The notes below the pieces were generated by a model that worked only from the letters and a program-made list of their open reading frames with translations, had not been told where the DNA came from and did not search any database. The translations under genes and the position numbers were made by a program. Positions 50,447-60,285 of a DNA stretch of 64,000 nt are shown here, piece after piece. The DNA lies in NCBI GenBank assembly GCA_965237955.1, contig OZ250169.1, forward strand, positions 6,464,001 through 6,528,000, in the 5' to 3' direction. Origin of the DNA: Candidatus Marinacidobacterales bacterium. GTDB lineage: Bacteria > Acidobacteriota > Vicinamibacteria > Marinacidobacterales > SMYC01. Position 1 is the stretch's first letter, and every line of letters starts with the position of its first letter.

Positions 50447-51667
50447 ATGCGCGTTACTACGTTAGTCAACAAGCTCATCGGATTGCAAGGCCTGTGGGTC
50501 CGAGGTTTCCACTTCCAGGCGGACAAAGCCAGAGTGGTGGTGGATGTAGTACCACGGAGGAGGAAGCCTCTGTGCGGGATTTGCGGACGAAAGGTCCGCA
50601 AGAACAAAGATCGCTACAATCGCTACTGGCGGCACTTGGACCTGTTCGGAGTCCGGACCTATCTTCGCTACTCGATCCGACGAGTGGTATGTCGGCGGTG
50701 TGGAGTGGTCAGAGAAAAGGTGCCTTGGGCCGACAAGGGAAGCCGCTTTACCAAAAGCTTCGAACAAGAGGTAGCGTGGCTGGCACAGAGGACGGACGTC
50801 AGCGCCGTAGCGAACTATTTCCGAGTGACGTGGCGTTCGGTGCGACGGATCATCCAGCGAGTGGTTGCCGAGCAGCGGGATGAGCGGCGCGAGCTCGATG
50901 GATTGCGGGTGATTGGGATGGACGAGATCAGCTACCGCAAACGCCACAAGTACTTAACAGTGGTAATAGACCATCTCAGCGGCCGGGTCGTCTGGGCGGG
51001 AAAGGAGCGCAAGGCCAAGACGCTGCTGCGGTTTTTCCGCAAGCTCGGACCACAAAGAGCCGCGGAGCTCGAAGCGGTCAGCATGGACATGTGGGAGCCG
51101 TACATAACTGTCGTCGGCAAAAAGGCTCCTCAGGCACGGGTGATCTTTGACCGCTTCCACATCGTCAAGCATCTGAACGAGGCCGTGGATAAGACCCGGC
51201 GCGAGCTGGTGCGCGAGCTCAAAGGGACTGCCCGGCGCAACCTCAAGAACACCAAGTTTCCCCTTCTCAAGGCCAAACACAACCGCAGCGCGAAAGACAA
51301 ACGGGTGCTCCGCGAGCAGGTGCGAGCTAATCGTCGCCTCTACCGCGCCATGCTTCTGCGCGACGACTTCATGGACCTCTACACCTACAAAACCGAGACA
51401 TGGGCCAAGAAGTTTCTCCGAGGATGGCTGCGGCGCGCTATGAGCTCGAGGATAGAGCCCGTCAAACGCGCGGCGAAGATGATCCGCAGCCACTTCGATG
51501 GCGTCATCGCGTGGGTCACGTGGAGACTCAGCAACGGCCGACTCGAAGGAATGAACAACAAAATCCGGCTGCTGAGCCACCGCAGCTTTGGACTCCACTC
51601 TGCCGAAGCTCTCATCAGTCTCGTCTACCTAAACTGTGGCGGTCTCACCCTCGAGAGGATCCACTGA
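50447..51667 (+). CDS. ISL3 transposase
   Basis: Zn finger CGICG..CRRCG, 'GMDE', 'SMDM', 'DRFHIV', 'SNGRLEGMNNKI'. Confidence 0.95.
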   Translation: MRVTTLVNKLIGLQGLWVRGFHFQADKARVVVDVVPRRRKPLCGICGRKVRKNKDRYNRYWRHLDLFGVRTYLRYSIRRVVCRRCGVVREKVPWADKGSRFTKSFEQEVAWLAQRTDVSAVANYFRVTWRSVRRIIQRVVAEQRDERRELDGLRVIGMDEISYRKRHKYLTVVIDHLSGRVVWAGKERKAKTLLRFFRKLGPQRAAELEAVSMDMWEPYITVVGKKAPQARVIFDRFHIVKHLNEAVDKTRRELVRELKGTARRNLKNTKFPLLKAKHNRSAKDKRVLREQVRANRRLYRAMLLRDDFMDLYTYKTETWAKKFLRGWLRRAMSSRIEPVKRAAKMIRSHFDGVIAWVTWRLSNGRLEGMNNKIRLLSHRSFGLHSAEALISLVYLNCGGLTLERIH

Positions 51668-52537
51668 AATGGCAGGAGAGGCAAAAAGAGTAGCACCACC
51701 ACGCCGAAGAACACCCATCCGTAGATGAGGTGATCGACGCCAACTGCCAGCTTCATGTCGCTCAAATGCCCCATCATCACGATCATGTAAGCGCGAAATC
51801 CGTTCGCGATGATCGGGACGATGACCGACGCCAAGACACAAAGACCCCGCTTAAACCACGATCGGTACGTGAGATGCGCGTACAAGATCGCCAACGTCAC
51901 GCAGGCAATGAGATACCGTAGCCCGCTACAGGCCTCCACAACGGACCACCGACTGTTGGCGAGCGTCAATTGATTCCCTACCTGCAACACGGGAACGCCC
52001 GTAAGACGAAGCCCCGCGACCGTGAACGCCGCGGTAAAATCGATGAGAGGCGGGATCAAGAACTCACCGACGGGGATACCCAGGAGCAGAAATCCGAGCG
52101 GAAATGCCAATTGCCGCGTCACCGCGTTCCCCAACACTGCCCACACGGCGATCGGTATCGCCGCGACCGCGAAGTATTGTTCCAGCACGAGAACGCCAGC
52201 GAGCCGGCACGAGAGCCAACCGAAGCCGACCAGACCGAGTAACCCCAGAGCTCGGTAGTTGGGGCACGGGGCAAGTCCGCGAAAGCGTTCTCGCTCATCC
52301 CAGATCAGATAGAGGCTGATGGGAAGAATCAAGAAACCGTGGGCGAAGGTTTCGGAGCGCCACCAGATGGAAATGAGGGATCGGAACGTGTCGTAAAAGA
52401 GCGCTACCAGTAGAGCACTCGTAACGACGGTGACGGCGAGTGGAACCCTCCAAACGGCAACATCTAGCCCGGGGCGGGTGCCGGCGCTTTTGTCCGTCCT
52501 TTCGTCCGCCGCTTTGCTGGCTTCCATATCGATTTCC

Positions 52538-53593
52538 CTACGCGATGTTGCGCGAGACCAGAGGGCCGATGAGCGTGCTGAGCGAGACCGGCAGGCGCTG
52601 CCAGGTCTTGACCAACAAACGGTACTTCGGATTGGCGGGGCTCACGTTCGGAACTTCGCTGGCCTTCACCAGTCGATACTGGTACGGGAGCGGCTCGGGC
52701 ACGAATCCCCAATTCTTCTTGAAGCTATAGGAGCCCGTGCCCACTTTGCTGCGCCCATAGTCGAAAATGCGATAGCCGCGCTCCGCGGAGCGTCTCATGA
52801 CCTCCCAGTACATGAAATCGTTCGCTTTGAGTACTCTCGCCGCATCGGTCCCGCCACCGTAGTACGGCAACACTTCATCACGAAAATAGAACGACAGTAC
52901 GCTGGCCACCGTGCGTCCGTCTTTGGTGATTGTCATGACTTCGGAAGCATCGGCGAACACGTCGATGAGGGCACGGAAGTAGCGTTGCGGGTAGACCGGT
53001 GTCCCAAAGTTGCGGACGCTCGTCGCGTAGGCACGAAAGAAGCGACCCACGTCGTCGTCGAGCTCGGATTTCAGCCCGGCGTTGATGCCTTTGCGCACCA
53101 TGGCTCGCTGCTTGCGCGGAATGGATTTGAGGTTCGCGTCAGGATCGGCGTCGATCTCCTTGCGAAACCCGACGTAGAGATCCTTCGTCGGCCAGTCCTC
53201 ACGCCGCGCTCGTCGGTTTCGCATTTCGAGATAGTCCACGCCCATATCGACCGCAAGCCGTTCCGCTTCGTCTTCGAGAGCTCGTCGAGCGGTCTCGTTC
53301 AGCGCGGCAACCCCGCCATAAACACCGAAGGGCACCGAGATCAACGCGTCGCCGAACAAGCGGCTCCGTACGCGCCCGAGCGGAAGCACCGCTTCGATAC
53401 CATCCGCGGACTCCGCCATGAGAAAAAACGTTTCGTGCCCGAACACGTTCTCGATGATGCTCTTCCATCCTGCGCGATGGAAAAACGTCGCTTCAGGACA
53501 CGCTTGAACGAATTGATCCCATCGAGCCGCATCCGAGGCACCAAGCATTCTCGTGCGAAGCGTGGGCGCCGTCGTCACCGCCGATGCGCTCAT
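52538..53593 (-). CDS. FemAB-family XrtA/PEP-CTERM-associated protein (TIGR03019-like)
   Basis: 'ATFFHRAGW', 'IPRKQRAMVRKG', 'PYYGGG', 'FDYGRSK.GTGS..FKKNWGF'. Confidence 0.92.
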   Translation of the reverse strand: MSASAVTTAPTLRTRMLGASDAARWDQFVQACPEATFFHRAGWKSIIENVFGHETFFLMAESADGIEAVLPLGRVRSRLFGDALISVPFGVYGGVAALNETARRALEDEAERLAVDMGVDYLEMRNRRARREDWPTKDLYVGFRKEIDADPDANLKSIPRKQRAMVRKGINAGLKSELDDDVGRFFRAYATSVRNFGTPVYPQRYFRALIDVFADASEVMTITKDGRTVASVLSFYFRDEVLPYYGGGTDAARVLKANDFMYWEVMRRSAERGYRIFDYGRSKVGTGSYSFKKNWGFVPEPLPYQYRLVKASEVPNVSPANPKYRLLVKTWQRLPVSLSTLIGPLVSRNIA

Positions 53594-54462
53594 GAGGCTC
53601 CACCGTTATCGAGAAAGACGCGATCCATACGACTCCAGCGAAAATCCGAGAGAAGCCGGTGGAGACGCCCTTCCATGCGACCCAAGTTCAAGTAGTGACG
53701 GAATCGACTCTTGAGCCCGACGTTTTTTTGCCGTGGCTGATCGGTGTCCACCTCCCACGGGTGAAAAAAGAATACGCACGGCTTGCCTTCGCGCTCGTTG
53801 ATATGCCGCACTCCGGTCCGGAACAAACGATACGGAAGCAGACGGAAGTATCCGCCGCCGCCGCTCGGCCAGTTGTGGCGGAAAAAGCGTGCGGTCGAGA
53901 TCGGGATCTCGAGAATACCGCCTCCGCGATGTCGAAACGGAAACCGCGGTGCATCGGGCATTCCGTATAGATCGTGGCGAATCGGATAAATGCTCGACGA
54001 GTAGAGATAGCCCGCATTCTCGAGCTCGTCGAGAGCCCAGAGCGTGTCCTTGTCGATCGAATAGCTCGCCGCACGGTAACCCTTCACCGGGACGCCGCCG
54101 ATGTCCTCCAGGAGTTTTTTCGAACGAGCCGCATCCTCACGGAACTCCGCCGGGTTCTGATCATGTACACGAACGTGCGACAGCCCATGACTCGCGAGCT
54201 CGTGCCCCGCGTCCACGATGTTGTGAACCAATTGCGGATAGCGCTCCGCGACCCATCCGAGCGTGAAGAACGTCGTCTTGACGCCGTGCTGCTCGAAGAG
54301 CGCGAGAACCCGCTCGACGTTTCCCTCGACGCGGCACGGCATGCGATCCCAGTCCTCGCGACGGATGTGATCTTCGAACGCCGAGACATGAAAGTAGTCT
54401 TCGACGTCGACGCTCATCGCATTGATCATTTCCATTTCCACTTCCACTTCAGGCACTGGCAT
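53590..54462 (-). CDS. XrtA-system polysaccharide deacetylase (TIGR03006-like, DUF3473)
   Basis: 'NAMSVDVEDYF', 'GHELASHG', 'GYRAASYSI', 'GGGGYFRL', 'FHPWE'. Confidence 0.92.
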   Translation of the reverse strand: MPVPEVEVEMEMINAMSVDVEDYFHVSAFEDHIRREDWDRMPCRVEGNVERVLALFEQHGVKTTFFTLGWVAERYPQLVHNIVDAGHELASHGLSHVRVHDQNPAEFREDAARSKKLLEDIGGVPVKGYRAASYSIDKDTLWALDELENAGYLYSSSIYPIRHDLYGMPDAPRFPFRHRGGGILEIPISTARFFRHNWPSGGGGYFRLLPYRLFRTGVRHINEREGKPCVFFFHPWEVDTDQPRQKNVGLKSRFRHYLNLGRMEGRLHRLLSDFRWSRMDRVFLDNGGAS

Positions 54463-55591
54463 TCTCCGCTACCGCGGCGACGCCTCTTCGCGTGGCAAGC
54501 CACTCGCTCACGACAGCAGCCATTCGCTCTGCTGCCTGCCCGTCCCAAAGCTCGGGCCGTCTGCCTTTCTTTCCACCCGTCGCGAGAACAGCATCGACGG
54601 CAGCTTCGATACGACCCGGGTCGGAGCCGACCACGGTATTCGTTCCTTCGCTGACGGTAATCGGACGCTCGGTGTTGTCACGGAGCGTCACGCACGGGAC
54701 ACCGAGCGCCGTCGTTTCTTCCTGCATCCCACCCGAATCGGTCAGAACAACGGTGGCGTCTTTCATGAGACCGAGCATCTCGAGGTAACCCACCGGCGGA
54801 AGCAAAGCCAATGTCTCGGACGCGCCGACGTCGAGCTCGCGAAGACGCGCTTCGGTACGCGGGTGCACCGGGAATACCAGAGGCAATCGCGTGCTGATGC
54901 GGCCGAGCGTACCCATCAGATCCATCAACACCGATGGCTCATCCACGTTCGAAGGGCGATGTAGTGTCACGACGCCATACGACGAGCCATCGCCCAGCAA
55001 GTCTTCGCGGCCGTATCGAGCGAGCGTCTCCGACGGCGATACCGCGCGATTCGTGTGACCCAAGAGACTGTCGATCATCACGTTGCCGACGAAATGGATC
55101 CGCGCGTCGGCAATCCCCTCTTTCAACAAGTTGTCCCGTGCCTCTGCCTCGGTGATGAAGAGAAGCTCCGAAAGCTGATCCGTCAGCACGCGATTGATCT
55201 CTTCCGGCATCGAGCGGTCGAAGCTACGGAGTCCCGCTTCGACATGAAACACGGGAATGCCCTTCTTGACCGCAACCAGCGCACACGCGATCGTCGAGTT
55301 CACGTCGCCGACGACGACGACCGCGGAGGGAGAAAAGCGCTCGAGCACGGGCTCGAACCGAATCATGATCTGCCCGGTTTGCTCAGCGTGTGAGCCGGAG
55401 CCGACTTCCAGATCGACATCGGGCTCCGGAATACCGAGCTGCCCAAAAAAAGACGCCTTCATGGACGCGTCGTAGTGCTCTCCCGTGTGAACGAGGTGCA
55501 CCGGAATCTCGGCACGCCGAAACGCCTCCATCACGGGGGCGATTTTCATGAAATTCGGCCGTGCACCCACGACCGCAACGATAGATTCCAT
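54449..55591 (-). CDS. wecB: UDP-N-acetylglucosamine 2-epimerase (non-hydrolysing)
   Basis: 'VGARPNFMK', 'GDVNST', 'HVEAGLRS', 'TDSGGMQEE'. Confidence 0.93.
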   Translation of the reverse strand: MESIVAVVGARPNFMKIAPVMEAFRRAEIPVHLVHTGEHYDASMKASFFGQLGIPEPDVDLEVGSGSHAEQTGQIMIRFEPVLERFSPSAVVVVGDVNSTIACALVAVKKGIPVFHVEAGLRSFDRSMPEEINRVLTDQLSELLFITEAEARDNLLKEGIADARIHFVGNVMIDSLLGHTNRAVSPSETLARYGREDLLGDGSSYGVVTLHRPSNVDEPSVLMDLMGTLGRISTRLPLVFPVHPRTEARLRELDVGASETLALLPPVGYLEMLGLMKDATVVLTDSGGMQEETTALGVPCVTLRDNTERPITVSEGTNTVVGSDPGRIEAAVDAVLATGGKKGRRPELWDGQAAERMAAVVSEWLATRRGVAAVAENASA

Positions 55592-55633
55592 CCCGCTAAC
55601 TATAACATTTGGGGGAACTTATATACTGAAGAC

Positions 55634-55664
55634 CCGGGAGTTCCGGGAGTTCCGGGAGTTCCGG
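55634..55664. repeat. 9-bp tandem repeat (CCGGGAGTT) x 3.4
   Basis: Directly visible upstream of wecB. Confidence 0.9.
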
Positions 55665-55727
55665 CCCGCTCAGTTGCTACTCGTGGTTGGGAGCGAGAAG
55701 CATACCACACCCGAGAACATCAAGTGA

Positions 55728-55778
55728 CCTCTCGCCCCTGGGGGAGAGGCGGCTCGCAACGCGAGCCGGGTGAGGGGG
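55728..55778. repeat. REP-like palindromic element
   Basis: CCTCTC..CCC..GGGGAGAGG-CGGCTCGC..GCGAGCCG-GGTGAGGG resembles the widespread CCCTCTCCC..GGGAGAGGG..GGGTGAGGG intergenic repeat. Confidence 0.6.
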
Positions 55779-55800
55779 AGCCGCAAGCGAGAGCGAAAGC

Positions 55801-57090
55801 TCAAACAAGATCCTGCATAAGTTCCGCGTAACTCCCGCGCCGTCTCACCAACCGAGCCACGCCGTCTGAAACGAGGACTTCGGGTGGCGTGACGTGGCTC
55901 AGAAATCCCAACGGGCTCGCCGCACGTGCGTAGGCGCCCGATTGAAACACTCCAATGAGATCCCCGACCTCGACTTCCGGCAACGACACGTTTCTCGCGA
56001 GAACGTCAAGCGGTGTACACAGCGGACCAACCACATCCGCCTTCGACGAGCCATCCTCTCCCATGCGATTCAGAACAGCCAGCGGAAAGTTTCGCTTGAT
56101 CACTTGCCCGAGATTTCCTGACGCCGCAAGGTGATGGTTCATGCCGCCATCGACAACGACGAAGCGTTTTCCGCGGGACTCTTTCACATCCACCACGCGC
56201 GTGACGTACAAGCCCGCCTCGCCGACAAGGTAACGACCGGGCTCCACCATCAGACGTGTCTCGGTATCCACGTCTCGAACGAGCGCATCAACGAGCTCCC
56301 CATAGCGATTCTCGTCGAGCTCGGCGTCTCCGTCGAAATACGGAATTCCGAGACCTCCCCCGAAATCCACCGTGGAGAGAGCACGTCCCAACTTCGTCGC
56401 GAGTCGGCCCGCAATCTCCAGACACTTTCGATACTGCGCCTCGAGGACGTCCGCATCGAGGATCTGCGTACCGGAAAAAATGTGGACGCCGCTCACTTCG
56501 ATCCGCGACGATGCCGCCAGCGCATCGACGACCTCGTCCATGCTCTCCTCGTCGACGCCGAATGGCGCCGACTTGCCACCCATGCGCATGGCACCGCCTT
56601 GCGCGTCCGCGGTTGGGTTCACGCGCACCGCTGCCCTCACGTTCGCTCCGCGCTCGTCGCACAACCGAGCCAACCGAGCGGCCTCGTTCGCAGACTCGAC
56701 ATGGATCTCGCCACCCTCCGCTTCGAGAAACTCGCGTATCTCGCCGTCCGACTTGCCCGGCCCCGCAAACACGATCCGCTCGGCGGGGCATCCGGCCGCG
56801 AGCGCTTGAGCGAGCTCGCCTCCCGACGCAATCTCGAGCCCACACCCGTGCCCGAGAAACGTTCTTAGAATGGCGCGGTTCGGGTTGGCTTTGACGGAGT
56901 AGTAGATCTCGACGCGCTCAGGCAGAGCCTTTCGTAGCCGGGCCCACTTTTCGTCGAGAATCTCCTGGTCATACGCGAACAACGGTGTGCCGTGCTCCTC
57001 GGCGATGCCACCAACGCGAAGGCCTCCAATGGCAAGCTCACTCCCCGCCACTCCGAAGTACGACTCTTGGACCGAATCGACGAGCGTCAC
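55801..57090 (-). CDS. PLP-dependent decarboxylase, exosortase A-associated (LysA-like, TIGR03099-like)
   Basis: 'YSVKANP', 'AGPGK', 'DFGGGLGIPY', 'EPGRYLV', 'GPLCTPLD'; GTGA overlap with the ligase stop. Confidence 0.9.
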   Translation of the reverse strand: MTLVDSVQESYFGVAGSELAIGGLRVGGIAEEHGTPLFAYDQEILDEKWARLRKALPERVEIYYSVKANPNRAILRTFLGHGCGLEIASGGELAQALAAGCPAERIVFAGPGKSDGEIREFLEAEGGEIHVESANEAARLARLCDERGANVRAAVRVNPTADAQGGAMRMGGKSAPFGVDEESMDEVVDALAASSRIEVSGVHIFSGTQILDADVLEAQYRKCLEIAGRLATKLGRALSTVDFGGGLGIPYFDGDAELDENRYGELVDALVRDVDTETRLMVEPGRYLVGEAGLYVTRVVDVKESRGKRFVVVDGGMNHHLAASGNLGQVIKRNFPLAVLNRMGEDGSSKADVVGPLCTPLDVLARNVSLPEVEVGDLIGVFQSGAYARAASPLGFLSHVTPPEVLVSDGVARLVRRRGSYAELMQDLV

Positions 57091-58658
57091 GAGTCGAGCC
57101 CTTCCCGACGTCGAAGCGCCGAGTAGTCGATCTTGCCGCTTCCGGTCTTGGGCAAGCTGTCCATCGACTCCACCGTCTTCGGAACCATGTGCCGCGGGAT
57201 GCGCTCCCAACAAAACGCTATCAAGGATTCCGCATCGACGGTGTCGCCGTCCCGCGGGACGACGAACGCTTTGATCGCCTGACCGAGAATCTCATCCGGA
57301 AGCCCGACGACAGCGGCTTCACGAAGCGTTCCCGTCTGGAACAAGACGGACTCGACCTCGGTGGGGCTGATGCGAAAGCCGGCCGATTTGATCATCGCGT
57401 CCCGGCAAGCGACGAAGTAGAGAAAACCCTCTTCATCAGTCTTCACGAGGTCTCCGGAGTAAACGACCTTCTCGGCCTCGCCGAGCTCGGGTGGCCGCAA
57501 GGGACGCGGGCGGATCGACTTCGCCGTCAACTCGGGTTGCCTCCAGTACCCCATCGAGACCGTCGGACCCCGGTGGACGAGCTCCCCAACCTCTCCAGGC
57601 CCACAAAGCTCACCGTCGTCGTTGACCACCAAAATCTCGGTATCGGGGATGGCCTTACCCATGGAAGTGGGTCTCCGATCGAGCTCCTCGGGCGACAAAT
57701 ACGTCGAGCGAAACGCCTCGGTCAACCCATACATGAGAAACACTTTCGTATCCGGGAGGTTGTTGCGAAGCGACTCGAGGACACCCAACGGCATCGCACC
57801 CCCCGTGTTCGATATGTACTGCAGGTGCGGGTACTCGTGCTTGCGAAGCGAGGAGCTCGGCTGTGCCATGAGACTCCAGAGCGGCGGCACACCTCCCATG
57901 CCGGTAATCTCCTCGTCGATGAGCGTCTCGACGAGCTGCCGTGCGAACACGAATGGCTTGATAACGACCGTCGCTCCATGCTGCATCGCGGTCATGAGCT
58001 GATTCAGCCCCGCGTCAAAGCTGAACGGAAGCGCCGCGAGCGTTCGATGCTCGTGTGTGATCCCGAGGTAGCTCGACACGATGGAGCTACCTGCCATGAT
58101 CTGTTCATGGCTGAGCATCACGCCTTTGGCACGGCCGGTCGAGCCCGAAGTGTAGATGAGCGCCGCGAGGTCTTTCCCGATCGATAACTCGCGCCAGTCT
58201 GCCGGTACGGCGTCTTCCGAAAGCGCGGCAAAGCTCTGAACCTCTAGAGAGAAATCAGGGAGCTTGCCTTCCCCTGACACGACGACGAAATCCAAGTTTG
58301 TTGCAGGTAGTATTTCTCGAACTCGTTCGTTGCTTTGGCTCGTGATGAGGCCGCGCATCCCGCAATCGTTGGCGATGTGCGTCACCTGGTCTGGAAACAG
58401 CACTTCGTTAATGGGAACGAAGACGCCGCCCGCGCGGCAAACGGCCAAAATCGACAGCGCTTGGGCTTCCGAGGGCTCCGTGTAAATCCCGATTCGATCG
58501 CCGCGTGCGATCCCCAGACGACGGAGCCCGCTCGCCAACCCACATACGTGACGCCACGCCTCGCCGAAACTCAGGCGCGCGTTGCCACAAACGATCGCCT
58601 CTTTGTCCGGCGAGCGCGCCGCGCTAGCCCGGAGCATATGGTGGATGAGAAAGTTCAT
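57087..58658 (-). CDS. Acyl-CoA ligase (AMP-forming), exosortase A-associated (TIGR03098-like)
   Basis: 'YTSGSTG..KG', 'MYGLTEAFRST', 'SGD', 'RISPTEVE', 'GKID'. Confidence 0.92.
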   Translation of the reverse strand: MNFLIHHMLRASAARSPDKEAIVCGNARLSFGEAWRHVCGLASGLRRLGIARGDRIGIYTEPSEAQALSILAVCRAGGVFVPINEVLFPDQVTHIANDCGMRGLITSQSNERVREILPATNLDFVVVSGEGKLPDFSLEVQSFAALSEDAVPADWRELSIGKDLAALIYTSGSTGRAKGVMLSHEQIMAGSSIVSSYLGITHEHRTLAALPFSFDAGLNQLMTAMQHGATVVIKPFVFARQLVETLIDEEITGMGGVPPLWSLMAQPSSSLRKHEYPHLQYISNTGGAMPLGVLESLRNNLPDTKVFLMYGLTEAFRSTYLSPEELDRRPTSMGKAIPDTEILVVNDDGELCGPGEVGELVHRGPTVSMGYWRQPELTAKSIRPRPLRPPELGEAEKVVYSGDLVKTDEEGFLYFVACRDAMIKSAGFRISPTEVESVLFQTGTLREAAVVGLPDEILGQAIKAFVVPRDGDTVDAESLIAFCWERIPRHMVPKTVESMDSLPKTGSGKIDYSALRRREGLDS

Positions 58659-58666
58659 CGGCCTGA

Positions 58667-58921
58667 CTAGGCGGGCTCGGTCGTCTCCGCGTTCGAGTCG
58701 ACGAAGGTCGTGATCGCATCGATGCTCGCGAAATTTTCTGGAACCAAATCATCGTCTTCTACGCTCACACTCAGCTCGCTTTGCAGATAGTCGACGAGCT
58801 CGAGAATTCCGAGCGAATCCAGCACGCCTTCTTCGAGTAGCTGGCTAGAATCTTCGAGACCGCGTGATTTCGCGAGCGGAAATTTATCGAAAATGAATTG
58901 CCGGATCTGATCTCTTGTCAC
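58667..58921 (-). CDS. Acyl carrier protein
   Basis: 'GVLDSLGILELV' phosphopantetheine Ser; 'PENFASI'. Confidence 0.9.
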   Translation of the reverse strand: MTRDQIRQFIFDKFPLAKSRGLEDSSQLLEEGVLDSLGILELVDYLQSELSVSVEDDDLVPENFASIDAITTFVDSNAETTEPA

Positions 58922-58940
58922 CTACACCTCCGCACTGTGT

Positions 58941-59620
58941 TCAATAAATGTCGCGATCGCCACTGTGGAGAAACCAACGAGCAGGATCCGTCAAAACACC
59001 TTCGCGCGCATAGGCTACGAACGGTCCGGAGTCGCGTCGTTAGAATCCCAGCTCGCCGAGCACTTCCATCCAGGGGTGCTCCTCAGATAACGCCGTCGTC
59101 ACCGAGGTGGCGCCGCGCTCGCGCGCTTCGTCGACAACCGTGAGAACGAGCTCTCGCAGAGCTCGCGTATCGCCCGTACCGAACATGTCTACGATCTCGA
59201 CGTCGTCGTCGTCTTCAGTGATGCGGTACGCGATCGAACCTTCGCCTCCACCGGTTACGCTGAGAATCGACACCGCTCCACTCGGATTCTCCAGGTAGCG
59301 CCAATTGAGATAGTCCGAGGTGCGGCACAAAGTAACGCCCTCTTCTAGGCCGTAGCCCATGTTCGGTGACACATCGAGCCCGGTTTTTCGAACGCTCAGC
59401 TCGACACTCTTGTCCCGTTTCGTAAGAGCAGCGCGCGCAGCCAGCACCGTGTTCCCGGCAACGCTCAAGCTCTTGGCGAGCGTCGGACTACTGACCCTCT
59501 GTTCGATGGCGCGATTGGTCTTGAGAAGGTGGACCAAGCGAACGAGCTCACCGTTTCGCACCGCCCCCATCCGCTGGTAGACGGCCATCATCGACCGACT
59601 CGGAAAGTCGTACCAAAGAC
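58941..59620 (-). pseudogene. 5'-truncated GNAT-like protein with an in-frame TAA at 59040-59042
   Basis: 'YDFPS', 'R..DYLNWRY..NP'; reading through the stop gives '..WFLHSGDRDIY*' just before the ACP RBS. Confidence 0.6.
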
Positions 59621-60258
59621 TCGTAGTGCAGTACATGTTTTGGAGAACGACGCAGACATCGCTCGAAACTGCAGGGATACTCCAGAACGGCGAGTGTTTG
59701 GATATTCGTGATGTAACTCCAGCGAGCCCGATCGTGTGGCGGATCATAGAACATGGAGAACGTTCCCTGAGCGAGAGCGGGCGGCAGGAACTTCTGGAGG
59801 TTTTGGGTGAACGCCTCGCGGTAGAGCACGCGACGATTCGCAAACGGCGTTCGTTGAGCCTATTGACCATACGAGAGCTCAAGGATCTCGTGGCGACGGG
59901 TGTGGATATTCAACTCCACACGCATCGACACAGATTGCCCGTAGACCAGTCCGAAATCGAAAAGGAAATCGCCGACAACCGAGCAATTCTCGAGCCCCTG
60001 GCGGGTAAGCGACTGAACCATCTCTGCTACCCGAGCGGCGAGTGGTCCGAGGAGCAGCTGCCTTTCCTTCGCAAATTGGAGATCCATAGCGCGACCACTT
60101 GCATGGTAGGGATGAACGACGCAGACACGCATCCCTTGGCTCTCAACCGCCTCTTGGACGCCGACGACCTAAGTCAGTTGGAGTTCGAGGCCGAAGTGAC
60201 GGGTTTTCTTGAGCTTCTGCGCGTGGTTCGCGGAAGGCGCTCGAAGTACGTTGGCTAG
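59620..60258 (+). pseudogene. 5'-truncated polysaccharide deacetylase
   Basis: Has 'IQLHTHRH' and 'HLCYPSG' but lacks the N-terminal TFDDG motif. Confidence 0.75.
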
Positions 60259-60285
60259 GCGGAGTCGCGCCGGCAAGTCATGGCT

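Larger units (their letters stand above)
49964..51682 (+). mobile_element. ISL3-family element (1719 bp)
   Basis: 8-bp target duplication AAAAAGAG (49956-49963, 51683-51690); imperfect 24-bp IR GGTTCTCCTGTCGTTTC.. / GCCTCTCCTGCCATTTC.. Confidence 0.96.
49233..52527 (-). pseudogene. xrtA: Exosortase A with fused EpsI domain, interrupted by ISL3
   Basis: 'ETFAHG', 'VVEACSGLRY', 'ANGFRA', 'DHLIYGWVFFG'; removing the IS restores ...VVLLF|WVGSFFRE... into the EpsI domain ('WKWYWVDG'). Confidence 0.95.
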
